A stretch of DNA of 62,502 nucleotides, filler included, from Collodictyon triciliatum (lineage: Eukaryota), in the NCBI GenBank assembly GCA_043381765.1. It is 18 parts of 18 records of this genome, joined end to end, with 100 filler letters (N's around TTAATTAATTAA, not from the genome) between each part and the next. Parts side by side here need not be neighbours in the genome. Positions count along the whole stretch, not along the records: positions 1 to 3,391 come from JBHJMP010007407.1; positions 3,492 to 6,881 come from JBHJMP010007408.1; positions 6,982 to 10,370 come from JBHJMP010007409.1; positions 10,471 to 13,858 come from JBHJMP010007410.1; 14 more parts are not named here. The stretch is one strand, 5' to 3'. The notes beneath the pieces are model-generated. The model worked only from the letters and a program-made list of their open reading frames with translations, was not told where the DNA came from and did not search any database. Below are positions 1-13,494 of this stretch, one piece after another (within the stretch, counting starts at the first letter, position 1; each line of letters opens with the position of its first letter). The translations under genes were made by a program, and so were the position numbers.

Positions 1-1
1 A

Positions 2-92
<91 letters not shown>

Positions 93-120
93 ATAGATAG
101 ATAGATAAACAAATAAATAA
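1..120. repeat. (ATAA)n microsatellite, representative of simple repeats at most contig ends
   Basis: Seen directly. Other examples: (TAT)n ~1120-1180, 16223-16325, 41805-41897; (CA)n 13959-14030; (TATG)n 17240-17343; (TTTTTC)n ~20667-20828; (TTTTGTTTTA)n ~31107-31277; (AAT)n 38332-38423, 48510-48608, 53195-53290; (AAAG)n 52215-52313. Confidence 0.95.
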
Positions 121-1119
121 AAATACCTCATTCAGTTGTTTTTTCTTGGATACAATATACACATAACTTGATGAGGACCTTTCGCCACCTAATGTTGCCC
201 ACACCCAACACCATCTGCTCAGATACGTGGAGCCAGCCGCAGAGCGCGCAGACCGGGAAGTTGTGGAAATATTTCACTCTCCAACACCTTCAAATGGCCC
301 AAAGGCATTGTCCCCTGAGCCGCGCTCAGAGGTTTCGCCATCGCCTTACTTTACTGAGGCCCTGACGTCTGTGACTGCAAGCCCTGACCCGATGATTGAC
401 TCCACACACACCAGCCACTCCCACAGCAGGAAAATCAGCCGAAAAGCCGAGATGGGTCACTTGAATCCAAATCGGTTGGTTCTTGCCCCAAAACTCTCCA
501 ACTCGTTCGTGCCGGACTCACCAGATGGAAAGGCAACCACAGCCACAGCCACAGCCACAACCACAGCCACAGCCATTGCCGAAACTGTGGCAGCCGAGAG
601 GAACAGCAACCCAGCAGACAACGCCCTGTAGCCTGTACGATGAGAAAAGTACTGTACATACGGCGCCATAATCGGCAAGGCCGACACCTTCCGCACACAA
701 TCGTCTGTGGTCAACTGTCCATAAAAGCACCATGTTCTGCACGTCCCATTGAATCCGCCCCAAAACGGATCAATGAGCATTTTAGTGCTTTTCTAGCCCG
801 TTGTCTGCGTGCCCCTGTGATCACTAATGTAGCCGCAGTGATCACATCGAAGCGGAGGAACCGGCCCGATCGAGCCTCAAGCAGGTTGCGCACACGCCCG
901 AGAGAAGATGACACCAAAAGACTATCGGCAAAAGCCCTTTGCGACATTCTGTCGGTCTATCTAGCTACCGCCGCTTGGCCGAGAATCACGAGCCATGGTG
1001 TATGTTGAGAGTGTTTGTGGTGTTTGAGTGCGTCACAACCGCTTTGGCTGGATCATTGTTGGGCTTTCTCTCTCCTTTTCTGATGCCGCCGAAAAAAATA
1101 AAAAGAAGGCGATATTCAC

Positions 1120-1182
<63 letters not shown>

Positions 1183-1330
1183 TCTCTCTTTTGTTGTCAA
1201 CATAACCAACTCAGGCTGATTTATCTGTTTGATCTTCTTGCCTCCCCGTCCTTTCTTTTGATCCTTTTCCATTTAATGTGCTAAACAGACAAGTGGCAAA
1301 ACCCTCGCAGGATAACTAGGCCACTTTGCA

Positions 1331-2895
<1,565 letters not shown>

Positions 2896-3391
2896 GATGC
2901 ACAGACACATTCGTGGGCCTTATCTTTGTCCTTTCCGGTGAGCCAACCCATTCTCATGACCTTCTTTGCATGCGGTTCTCGTCATAATCATTCGATAATC
3001 TTAACCACGTTTGCTGCTTGGCTCACTCACTACAGCTCAGCTACTCTGGCAAAGCCGTACGGGCCGAAGAACACTTTGCAAAAACTCGCTCTAATAAGAG
3101 AAATGAGTCTTCCATTAACCGAAAGCTCCATTCGTACCCGGGCAGCTGGCGAATAGGACTACTTCCTCATATCTATCTCCCTTACCTCTCTCTTGCCTAT
3201 CCGATAAAGATCAGAGACCAAATCTGTGTGGCGCTGTCGTTTTCGCAGGGGTCGCAGGCGCACCAGAAGAGCCGAAGAACTAGAGGCTTATATTTTCCGC
3301 ATTAATGTAACAAATCTGGAATATCCCTTTCTTGCTCATTGAGTCTTGCAAAAATCTATCCCAGTGCTTGAAGATCGCTGTTTTTGTTTGT

Positions 3392-3491
3392 NNNNNNNNN
3401 NNNNNNNNNNNNNNNNNNNNNNNNNNNNNNNNNNNTTAATTAATTAANNNNNNNNNNNNNNNNNNNNNNNNNNNNNNNNNNNNNNNNNNNN
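3392..3491. other. Artificial contig linker N44-TTAATTAATTAA-N44 (first of 17)
   Basis: The same 100-bp spacer, with stops in all six frames, also starts at 6882, 10371, 13859, 17344, 20829, 24313, 27797, 31278, 34757, 38232, 41705, 45173, 48640, 52107, 55573 and 59038. Contig lengths fall steadily from 3391 to 3365 bp, so these are size-sorted unplaced contigs. Confidence 0.98.
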
Positions 3492-4435
3492 GTTTGAAGT
3501 GGATGACATCGGTGTCTTTTGTTGCGTATCAGTGTGTTGATATGTGTTTGTATCGGATTGCATCGGTGTCTTTTGTAGCGTATCAGTGTGTTGATATGTG
3601 TTTGTATCGGATTGCGTCGGTGTCTTTTGTTGCGTATCAGTGTGTTGATATGTGTTTGTATCGGATTGCGTCGGTGTCTTTTGTTGCGTATCAGTGTGTT
3701 GATATGTGTTTGTATCGGATTGCATCGGTGTCTTTTGTTGTGTATCAGTGTGTTGATATGTGTTTGAATTGGATGACATCGGTGTCTTTTGTTGCGTATC
3801 AGTGTGTTGATATGTGTTTGTATCGGATTGCGTCGGTGTCTTTTGTAGCGTATCAGTGTGTTGATATGTGTTTGAATCTGATGACATCGGTATCTTTTGT
3901 TGCGTATCAGTGTGTTGATATGTGTTTGAAGTGGATAACATCGGTGTCTTTTGTTGCGTATCAGTGTGTTGATATGTGTTTGAATTGGATAACATCGGTG
4001 TCTTTTGTTGCGTATCAGTGTGTTGATATGTGTTTGTATCGGATTGCATCGGTGTCTTTTGTAGCGTATCAGTGTGTTGATATGTGTTTGAATCTGATGA
4101 CATCGGTGTCTTTTGTTGCGTATCAGTGTGTTGATATGTGTTTGAATCTGATGACATCGGTGTCTTTTGTTGCGTATCAGTGTGTTGATATGTGTTTGTA
4201 TCGGATTGCGTCGGTGTCTTTTGTTGCGTATCAGTGTGTTGATATGTGTTTGAATCTGATGACATCGGTGTCTTTTGTTGCGTATCAGTGTGTTGATACG
4301 TGTTTGAATCTGATGACATCGGTGTCTTTTGTAGCGTATCAGTGTGTTGATATGAGTTTGTATTGGATGACATCGGTGTCTTTTGTTGCGTATCAGTATG
4401 TTGATATGTGTTTGTATCGGATGGCATCGGTGTGT
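3492..4435. repeat. 54-bp tandem minisatellite, ~17.5 units, truncated at the contig end
   Basis: Unit TATCAGTGTGTTGATATGTGTTTG-[~10 variable nt]-CATCGGTGTCTTTTGTWGCG; successive starts at 3527 and 3581 give a period of 54. Confidence 0.95.
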
Positions 4436-4453
4436 TTTGCTGGAAATTATCAC
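3492..4453 (-). CDS. Probable exon encoding 18-aa T/Q/S/D-rich tandem repeats (TPMSSDSNTYQHTDTQQK)
   Basis: Possible acceptor AATTAG ending at 4454 leads into GDNFQQNTPMPSDTNTYQH. The period is a multiple of 3 and there are no stops. Other frames are also open, so the frame choice is an inference. Confidence 0.4.
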
Positions 4454-5113
4454 CTAATTAAATTTTAGTCTAGAGTCGTATATCGACCTTGTATGACTTA
4501 ATCCCAATTCTGGTTTCTGTTGATATAAATATAATGATGATATATCTCTTTCTTAATTTTTAAATTATGGAAGTAAAATCGAACATTTTCTTCAAGTTTT
4601 TACACTTCTTTTCATTCTTTTTTATACATTATTACATAATTTGTTCGGATCTTCTTTTTTATACAAAAAATTGAGAGATTGGAGATTAAAATTACCGTTC
4701 TTATTCATGTATTCGATTATTTTCTCTTTTCTGGGAGTTCTCTGCATTTCGTCCACAAAATATTCGTTCATTAATTTACCAGTCCTCTCGATTGTTATTT
4801 TTCTGTCCATCCCATCATAATCATTTTTATTTTGAATTGCAAGGACGTTTTGATGCTGTTTTGTCTCCTTTATCGTCTGCCCTTTTTCTCCATTTTTTGT
4901 CTATTTTTGTGGTATAATTGTTATTTTGTATTTTCACACAACAATCCATATTGTTAATATTTCAATTTGACTGTATCATACATTTTACATTCCTTGAGAA
5001 GAATATGTCAAAATATTGCTCACATTCATATTGTGAAAAAGAAATGCCTTTGCCAAGCTTGTTTTTCCCTTCGTAAGATGAACACCGTCAGTCTCGTCTA
5101 CGTATGGCAAATT

Positions 5114-5623
5114 TTATGTTTGGAGTTTTGAATTCTTTTTTCCTTTATTCGATCCAAAGTAGAAATTTTGAATTCTTCGAATAATTAAAGAAAATGTATT
5201 ACCTTCTATGAGTACATAGAGCACAGCATCTATTCCCTTCGCGAATGATTGGTGTTGTTGGCAAGAAATTACGTATATGTCATTTGATTGTCTTACTTGG
5301 CAGTCAACGAGGCTTGAAAAATTGGGCATGAGTTTGTATCTGCCTCTGGACATTTTGGCCATTATCTTATCGCAGCTTTCTTGCCATTCATTTTGGTCTT
5401 TCCAAAGAACATTTCGATACATCGGGTTCTTGATTGAATTTTTTGGTGGAGAAAAGGTAAATGTGATGTTCTTATCTGCCCGAATTTCTATCAATCCTAT
5501 GGTTACGAGTGATTCGTAATGTTTGGTTGCTGTATCGGCTTCAGCAGGGAAATGACAAAGAAGCCAGTGTATAGCGAGTATAAAAACTATTCCGAAGCTC
5601 TGTTTACTAATTGAAGATTGCAT
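5114..5623 (-). CDS. Unknown ORF with a signal-peptide-like N-terminus; 3' end interrupted by a retroposon tail
   Basis: 169-aa ORF starting MQSSISKQSFGIVFILAIHWLLCHFPAEA; no family recognised. The last codons derive from the TSD-flanked insertion at 5126-5177. Confidence 0.3.
   Translation of the reverse strand: MQSSISKQSFGIVFILAIHWLLCHFPAEADTATKHYESLVTIGLIEIRADKNITFTFSPPKNSIKNPMYRNVLWKDQNEWQESCDKIMAKMSRGRYKLMPNFSSLVDCQVRQSNDIYVISCQQHQSFAKGIDAVLYVLIEGNTFSLIIRRIQNFYFGSNKGKKNSKLQT
5126..5177 (-). mobile_element. Very short poly(A)-tailed insertion, family A, with a 12-bp TSD
   Basis: TTTTGAATTCTT at 5126-5137 and 5166-5177 flanks 28 bp that read TTTCTACTTTGGATCGAATAAAGGAAAA on the minus strand. 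Confidence 0.8.
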
Positions 5624-5804
5624 CTCGGCCTGTAGTCAATCATAGGTTTATGATAATGGTAAAATAGAACAAATTGTGATTGTATTATTATGATTAAAGG
5701 AATTAGTTTTGAAACTCTAGTCGACCGCAGTTACTGTTGATGTAATAGATTCTGATTGTTAGGCAACTTAATCCCTTTTCTATCGATCATTCGCTTTCAT
5801 GATT

Positions 5805-6022
5805 TTTTTTATGTTTTTTATGTTTTTTATGTTTTTTTTAGGTTTTTAAGGTTTTTATGGTTTTTATGGTTTTTATGGTTTTTATGTGCTTTGGTGCTTT
5901 ATGTGCTTTTGTGCTTTTGTACTTTTGTACTTTTGTGCTTTATGTGCTTTGGTGCTTTGGTGCTTTGGTGGTTTTGTGCTTTGGTGCTTTGGTGATTTTG
6001 AGCTTTTGTGCTTTGGTGCTTT
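5805..6022. repeat. Degenerate 8-9-bp tandem repeats (TTTTTATGG/TTTTTATGT grading into GTGCTTTG/GTGCTTTT)
   Basis: Seen directly. Confidence 0.85.
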
Positions 6023-6988
6023 TGAAGTCTCGTGATCTGGGTCTGACTTTGATCCGGACGTGGTTGGTGTTCGGTCGGAGGGTTTTTTTCGGGCCCTCAT
6101 AGGGACAAGATGCGTCTTGACATTTCCCTTCAAATACCCATTTGTGGAAAATAAAGTACCCTGCTCTTGATGTGAAGAACATTTTTTATTATTTCATTTT
6201 TATTTTTATTCTAAAAATCTTAGCTGTCGAGCCCGTCTCAACAATCTTTCATTCAACCATCAGGCAAGTAGTTCCAAAGTAGGTGGGGATGTGTGGGAGA
6301 TAGAAAAAAGAAAAGACAGGGATGAAAATAAAGAAAAAAGGGAAAAAGAGGTGTCCTTGAGGCTTGATAAGAGACGCATGGATTTCTTTTGGGGACGCGT
6401 GATAGTGTCCCGCGAGTATGAGAACAAAAAGGGCGGGTGATATTGATTGGATGGAGGAGGGGGAATACTGCTTTGATGGCGCAAGTTGTCGAAAAGGATG
6501 GTGAAAAGAGAAGTGAGGTTCGTTTGATAAGCACTAGGTCGAGTGCAAAGAGGACTTCTCTGCGTGGTTGACTCACCTCCTTCCAGACCGTATTAGGGTC
6601 TTTTCAGTAGGGGTTGTCGAAGGGACTTCTTCCTTTTGTTTGCTTGCAAAATCTATGGCTATAAGCTTCCACTCTCTGGTGTCTCTCAACCAAGGTCGAG
6701 AGTTTTGGCTTTGTTACCGCAGGTCTTGCAAGTGGAATTAGTCAGCTATTCAGGACTTACGTGTCATGAGGTGTTAGCTGCTTGCAGTCTCCCGGCTCAG
6801 GGAGTCTGTTAATGGGTTCGTTTGGGGTAGGGTATGGGCATGATGGTCGGTATACCCATAGAGGAGGTCAGGACTGATGCGNNNNNNNNNNNNNNNNNNN
6901 NNNNNNNNNNNNNNNNNNNNNNNNNTTAATTAATTAANNNNNNNNNNNNNNNNNNNNNNNNNNNNNNNNNNNNNNNNNNNNAAAAAAA

Positions 6989-7050
<62 letters not shown>

Positions 7051-7054
7051 TAAC

Positions 7055-9752
7055 TGGTGCCATGGTCTTCACTAAATTTGGAACGTAGTGCAAGTTCACT
7101 GACTGGTCAAGCCCCAAAGTCTTAGAAAGTTGGGCTATAGTCTCCTAAATAATTCAACTCGTCAATTTCGGACTGTAACCTCAGATAATAGAGAATGGAG
7201 AGGTACGACTCATTATATGGTTGAATATTTACATAATCAGAAACAAGGGATGAAAAGGAGAAGGAAAAAAAAAGTCAATTGTAAATTTAAACCGTTAAAA
7301 CCGAGTGACTCATGTTTGATGGTATCAGAAAGTTCAATCTGTAGCCGTCAGGTCGAATAGAGATAGAAACGCCATCCTTTTCATCATAAAGATCTTAGGA
7401 AACTAATCAAACGAGAATGTAATCACATGACAGTCTTTGATGATAAAAAAAAGAAGGTATCGCTCATCACTCAACATCGTGTGTTTACTCAATTTTAAAC
7501 TATACCACTATATTGGAAATGTCGAACTGCTCCCCAACGACCGCCAAGACAGAGTTCATCCACAGGGGAAAGACATCTGATGGCTCCTGCTTTGATTTAA
7601 TTACCTGCAACCGTATGGGTGTAGTTTTTTTTTTCAGAGGAAATGATTTTGTAAAATATTTGTGCACAAAATCACATTGAATTGAACATCGCGTTGATTT
7701 TCTGGATATGATGATACCTAAAGCCGGAAAATCATAGTAAATAAATAGTAAAGCTTTTTAGGATTAGATAGTCACCAATTTTCCACCATCGAGGGTGGAG
7801 TTCTCATCCACGATTGGTGGCTTCCCTTTCATGACAATGCGAATGCTCGAGAAAAGAGGAAGAGCTGAGAACTCAACAAGATTGTTGAACGCCATCCAAA
7901 ATTCCTGAGTATTTTATATGCATATATAACTAAAATGCCTTTGATAGTAATTCATCATCTCATATAGTTTTAGGATTACACTTTTATTCAAATGAAAATG
8001 AATTCATCAAGCCAGTATTTAACATATTCTTTGGTAGAATACTTCACACCAAAACTATTTTCATTTGCTTTATGCTTTAAAGAATTAATGCCTGCACGGT
8101 TTCGAACTTTGCCACACATTTAACAGTCTGTGCATAATCCTCAAACTTAACCCCTCTAGGACAGCCTTCATCGTAGTAGACCGACCATTTTCTATTGAGT
8201 GGGTATGTTCCGTCTGCGTTCTGTACATTTTGGAAGGGTAGGTAAGTTTTCTTTTAAAATAGGAAAGAAAGAGAAAAAAAGAAGAAGCAAAGAACATTGA
8301 GGTGCAATCACAAACAACAACGCATTAATTTTCTGGATAGAATGCCATGTTTTTGGTTGCGATAAATAAAGACCTATTGTATACCTTATTCTCTTCGTCC
8401 ACACAAGCATTCTGCTTTTCTGGGAGATTATGAACAATATTGGGGTATGTTCTAGGAGATGAGTATGGAGACAAGGCGATTGGAGATGTGAGAGCCGATG
8501 AAGAATTCGTCAACGAGGTCAAAGACACAGCAGACAGCGAAGGGGAGAGAGGCTTTTCAATCGACCTTGATGCTTTGATGGCCATCTTTGATGGAAAGAT
8601 GGGTTCTTCGACCTTTACGACGTACATTTTTGATGGGAAAGTAGGAGGGAAGGAGATGGCTATGCGTGAGTGACCGCGCCCGCTGTTTGTATCCTGTGAG
8701 GTAGGCTCATTCTCTGATTGCATTGATGTATCTGCAATAGTATGAGGCACTGATTCGGCGGGCGAGTGACAGCTTTGATAATCCTGGTCGGAGATACCAG
8801 CTTTTTCTTCGATTGGCCGGTGCGTTGTTTGCAGCTGCTGTGGAGGCGGATGCAACTGAACAGGAGGCTGAGGCTGATCTGAACGAGGTAAACTCTGTGA
8901 TTGTGTCCCCCATGAAACATTGTTTTGTGAGCTGGCAAATGATTGAGACGTCGTTGAGAGGGCATTCGACGCCGCGCTTTGTGGCGCAGAAGATGTCAGT
9001 GCCAATGCATTCTTTATCATCGAGATGATTGGGACAGCGCGTTTCTGAACCGAGACGGCTGTGTGTGATGGATGCGATGAATTCAGCTTGAGGGCTGGTG
9101 CTTTGGAGCTTGGTGCGACAGTGACCACGGGTGCAGTTGTATACGTTGGATATGTAAAAGCTGTGCTTGCCGGAGAGGACTTTGTGCCGACAAACTGGAT
9201 TGTCGTGGGGTTTCGTGCGGTGCTGTGCGTGTGCAATGAAGCGGCGTATGTGTGGGTGTGTGGTGAAGAAACAGGCGTGGATGTAGTGGCGACTTGCATG
9301 GGCTTTGTGGGAGTCATAAGCGAGGATGAGATGGCCGAGGCCGAAGATGTAGCGGCTGCGGCTGCCGAAGTCGACCCTGCTGCGGTCGGACGAGGAGGAG
9401 ACGAGGCATTCTGGTTGCTGGGATTGGTTGTGCCGGTGTTGTTGTGGACAAGGACGACTTTTGGCGTGATGATGGGGGATTTGCTTAGCGGGGCTGCGGC
9501 AAAGGAGCCGATAAGCGGCGTTGATCGTGCCGTGAATGAGACCGACCGGCCCGTGTTTGAGGCGTTTGCTGGGCCGTTCGAATGGGACTGGGCGCCGGAA
9601 AGCAGCGGCTTCTGAGGCGTTCGGTGCGTGTGGAGGCTGTTTGGTTGGCTCAGAGGCGGATCGATCAAGGCAGAGACGAACGAGGTTGAAGCGCGAGGAT
9701 GGTCGGACGCGAAGCCGATTTGCACGACGGTTGGTTTCTTTGGTTGATGCAT
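7055..9752 (-). CDS. Atypical eIF4E-family protein with a long S/T/P-rich N-terminal extension; 3' end reaches the contig edge
   Basis: Exons 9752-8385, 8220-8092, 7904-7776, 7604-7506, 7376-7302 and 7144-~7055, all phase 0. They give YPLNRKWSVYY...KFETVQEFW...GKPPIVDE...GGKL...WMNSVLAVVGEQF...DGVSISIRPDGYRLNFL...KTLGL, collinear with the eIF4E core motifs HPLxxxW, TVEDFW, GGRW, WxxxxLxxIGExF and GxVxxxR. Confidence 0.85.
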
Positions 9753-10748
9753 CTTCTGCTTGTTTGGGTGGGTCAGTTGCGATCAGATTGGGAGGTGGTG
9801 GGTGCGTTTGTGAGTTGGCGGGTGTTTGGTGGGCGCGGGAAAGGTGGATTCATTTGTGTGGGTATTGTTTGTGTCTATTCATGGAGAAGTGATGGGGATC
9901 TTTGGTGTGGAGCTCACTTGCTCGACTTGTTAAGTTGCGGTTGTTACATGGGTTTGGATGTCTTTATATCAAAGTAGAGGTTAAGATAAAAAAAAAAAAG
10001 AAAGAATATACATAGGAGCTACTATTTCAAGGCGCTTTATATTCGCTGCAGGAAAAAGAATAAAGGAAGGAAGGAAAAGGCAAAGGGATTTGTGTGAGTG
10101 GGACTTGTTGGACACATAAGCTGGATGTATCATTTGTGGGAGAATAAGTTGTCGTTGTTGAATGGCTATGGAATCCTTTGTTAGTGTTAGTGATGACAAT
10201 ATGCAGCGAAGGATGACACACGTTTGCGTCCCTCGCGAGTCTGGTGACGCCGCTTGGACAATTTTGCCTACTTTTCTTTTGTTTTTTGTTTTTTGTTTTT
10301 TGTTTTTTGTTTTTTGTTTTTTGTTTTTTGTTTTTTGTTTTTTGTTTTTTGTTTTTTGTTTTTTGTTTTTNNNNNNNNNNNNNNNNNNNNNNNNNNNNNN
10401 NNNNNNNNNNNNNNTTAATTAATTAANNNNNNNNNNNNNNNNNNNNNNNNNNNNNNNNNNNNNNNNNNNNTTTCCAAGGAAGCACAAGCACACAAGTTCT
10501 GCACAAGTCGTCTTCTCTGAAAAATCCGCCGGCCTTTGCGGGATATTTAATGTCGTCTTGTCGAAATCCCTTCTCCTATTTTTTTTTTATTCACAAAGTA
10601 CTTTCTGATCTCCGTGTGCACAACCCCACCGTCCTGACTCGAGTTAATCTGTCCTATGTGATTGTCGAGTCCACTCAAAAACAAATAAATGATGTGTATT
10701 GTATTGACACATAGCCAGTCTACTTATATACAGCCGGAATCTGTCCAG

Positions 10749-12583
10749 ATGTCCGATCACCTCACACCTGCCCAAGTGGATGCGCTTTTGGAAGAAGTCC
10801 GGAAACTTTCTTACTATCCAATCGCTGATATTGCCAGTCTTAAAAGCTCCACAAAACTGTATCTCTATGACAAGAATCTGTCATCTGTGCCGCCTGGTGT
10901 TTTTTTGTTGACTGGTCTGAAAGAATTGGGTCTTTATGGCAATAAGTTGTCATCGCTACCTGCACAAATATCGTGTTTGACTGGTCTCATATATCTTGAT
11001 CTTGTTAACAATAAGCTGTCGTCACTACCTGCACAAATATCGTGTTTGACTGGTCTCACATATCTTGATGTATGCAGAAATCCGGTATGATTTTATTCAT
11101 ATATTATATTACTATTTATGTTTAAAAGAAAATGACTGACAACGATACACACAGATGGAGGAGCTTCCAGCACAGATCACAGCACTCACAAATCTGAAAA
11201 ATCTCTACATCGACTATGCAGGTGAACAGAAAGTCACCATAAAGAGAGCCCCGCGTGGCATCTCAAATCTCCCCTGCTGGAACAACACAGGACACAGAGA
11301 CTATGAACACATCCGCGCTCTGCAGCTCTACGACCCCGTAAGCACACAACCACCCTCACCCCCCACATACACAACACAGGACACAACTAACATAACCCTA
11401 GGTCGATACCGCAGCTGAAGCTAGAAAAGCTAACAGACTTACCTGACACCCACCCACTCCACCTACACAGGTTGCAGCCAGTCCCAACATCAAGTCCGGC
11501 ATCTACGCAGCCCCAACCAGCCGCCTGGCCCGCGGCAACTACGCAGATCTGCTGACAATGGACTTTGAGAGACCAGAGAATGTCCTGGGCAGCGGCGGAT
11601 TCGGGCTGGTCCTCAAGGTGCAGCTGAAGGCAGGCCTCTTCGCCGTCAAGAAGATCAGCGACGCGTCCCTCCGTGCTGCTAGCAGCGGTACAGACCCCGA
11701 GAAGGAGGGCAACATAATGCTCGAGCTGCGACACCCAAACATCTTGATGCTCTTCGACTTTGGGTTCCGCGGCAGAGACCTCCTCCTCGTGATGGAGTTT
11801 GCAGACGGCGGAGAGCTCTGCTCACTAGTCAAGAAGCAAGGGGCACTCAGCATCGACCTGACCCTCAAGTACGGGCTCCACATCATCCAGGGCCTCGTCT
11901 ACCTGCACACGCGGCCAAGGCCCATCCAGCACCGCGACATCAAGACCGAGAACGTCCTGCTTGTGAACGGCGTCGCCAAGCTGACTGACTTCGGCCTTGC
12001 AAAGAGCGGGGTCTCGGTCAACTCGGTCAGCAAGTTCGGCGGCTCGATGAAATGGTCCCCACCCGAGGTTTTTGACACCGCTAAGGGTGTTGGGCTGCCC
12101 AGCGACGTCTACTCGTACGGCGTGGTCCTCTGGTCCATGCTGAGTGGTGAGTATCCGTACGAAGGTATGACAAACGCCGAGGTCAGCACAAGAGTCTTAA
12201 GCGGTAAACTGCTTCCTCTTCCCACAAGCTGCCCCTCTAACCTTGCAGCCCTTATCCACAAATGCTGGGAGAAAAACTATGAGACTCGCATCACTGCTCA
12301 ACAGGTCGAGGCCGGGCTCAAGGGCATCATGTCGAACCCCGTTGCTGTCCCGGCCACTCCGAGGTCGAGCTCTGTTAGAAACATGAGCATTCAAAGACTG
12401 ACGGCTTATCTCGAGGAGAGGAATGCCAATCCGAAGCTGATACAGGCCTGCAAAGAGAACGACATAGGAGGCGCCGAGTTTGTCTTACTGACCGAGGAGG
12501 AGCTCAGAGAGCTTGTCCCTGAACTCAAAAACGTTCACATCCGAGCCGCCCTGAAGCTCATCGAGGAGGCCAGCCGCACCTAA
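10749..12583 (+). CDS. Cytosolic LRR - protein kinase (TKL-like) - SAM domain protein; 3 exons
   Basis: Exons 10749-11084, 11155-11337 and 11471-12583 are in frame. LRRs LxxLxLxxNKLSSLP; kinase motifs GSGGFG, AVKK, HRDIKTEN, DFG, KWSPPE, DVYSYG; SAM-like C-terminus ENDIGGAEFVLLTEEELREL. No TM segment seen. Confidence 0.92.
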
Positions 12584-13494
12584 CAACCGCCCCACTCCCT
12601 CGTTCATTCCATGGGTTTTGTAGCATTCGCTTGACCCTTTGTTGATTCTTGTCCCCATTCCCACACATCCCTATCGCACCCTCAACTGAATAAAGGAAAA
12701 ACAATATATTCTCTGCTCCGCCCCCATCTTGAGAAATAGAAAAAAGTAACCGTTTGCTGGTTTTGTTGATTGGTTGCGTCGCAGGAAAAAAGCTGATTCT
12801 TCCGCGAGCCTGTGGTGCATGTAACTGAAATCCGTTTTCACAAAATAGGAAGTCGTTACATTGGCGTCAATTATATAAAAGTGGATAATAAATAAATAAG
12901 ATCATATTTAATTATAATAAATATTAATTATCAGTTATATTAATGCATTTGAGTAAATGTATAATTAATTAAATACTTAATAATGATTTTACTTATGGTG
13001 CACAGTCATTGAATGTTTCAATTACAAACGCGACACAGAAACACCTTTGCACAGACCCAAAAATGTTGTAGATCAATTGAAAAAAAAGTCGGCTTCTGTT
13101 GTGCGCTAAGAAAAAAATATATAGATAGCAAACGACTTCCATAAAATCGCTATAATTGCCAAGTTGAAAGATTGCCTATATTGGCCTTAGTACGGTGCAT
13201 TTTGGGTAATTTTCTTTGAATGGTTCGAAAATCGTGACAGAAATCCTCAATCTGAATTTGGAATTGACCACATGAACTTTTCGTCCAATTGGTCATATTC
13301 ACTGAATTGAAAGTTTTGGCGATTTACTTCTTTTGTCATAGCACACAGAATTGATAATTCAATGAATATATCCAAAATATTCAAAATTTCAAATCCGGAA
13401 TATAATTATTCTATCATTAAATATCATTATTTGTGCGATTAATTCAAATATATGATAAAATATGTATATAGATTAATTACACAACAACAATATA

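Noticed and set aside
167-631. Open frame with an (Ala-Thr)n tract upstream of the Rab gene
   Set aside because: May be a real exon, but no motif, start codon or consistent splice site could be fixed, and the strand is ambiguous.
939-1219. Poly-L/I/N/F ORFs here and at many contig ends
   Set aside because: They are translations of microsatellites, often running into N linkers.
3436-3447. Recurrent palindrome TTAATTAATTAA as a biological motif
   Set aside because: Always centred in N runs of fixed length; it is an assembly linker.
3492-4435. CRISPR array (constant repeat plus variable segment)
   Set aside because: The variable segments are only ~10 nt, related to each other and reused; there are no cas genes and the context is eukaryotic.
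4460-5110. Stop-codon reassignment to explain the broken ORFs
   Set aside because: Intact genes end in TAA, TAG and TGA and have no in-frame stops; decay or non-coding sequence is the simpler explanation.
9061-9615. 184-aa plus-strand ORF
   Set aside because: Antisense shadow of the low-complexity eIF4E N-terminal exon.
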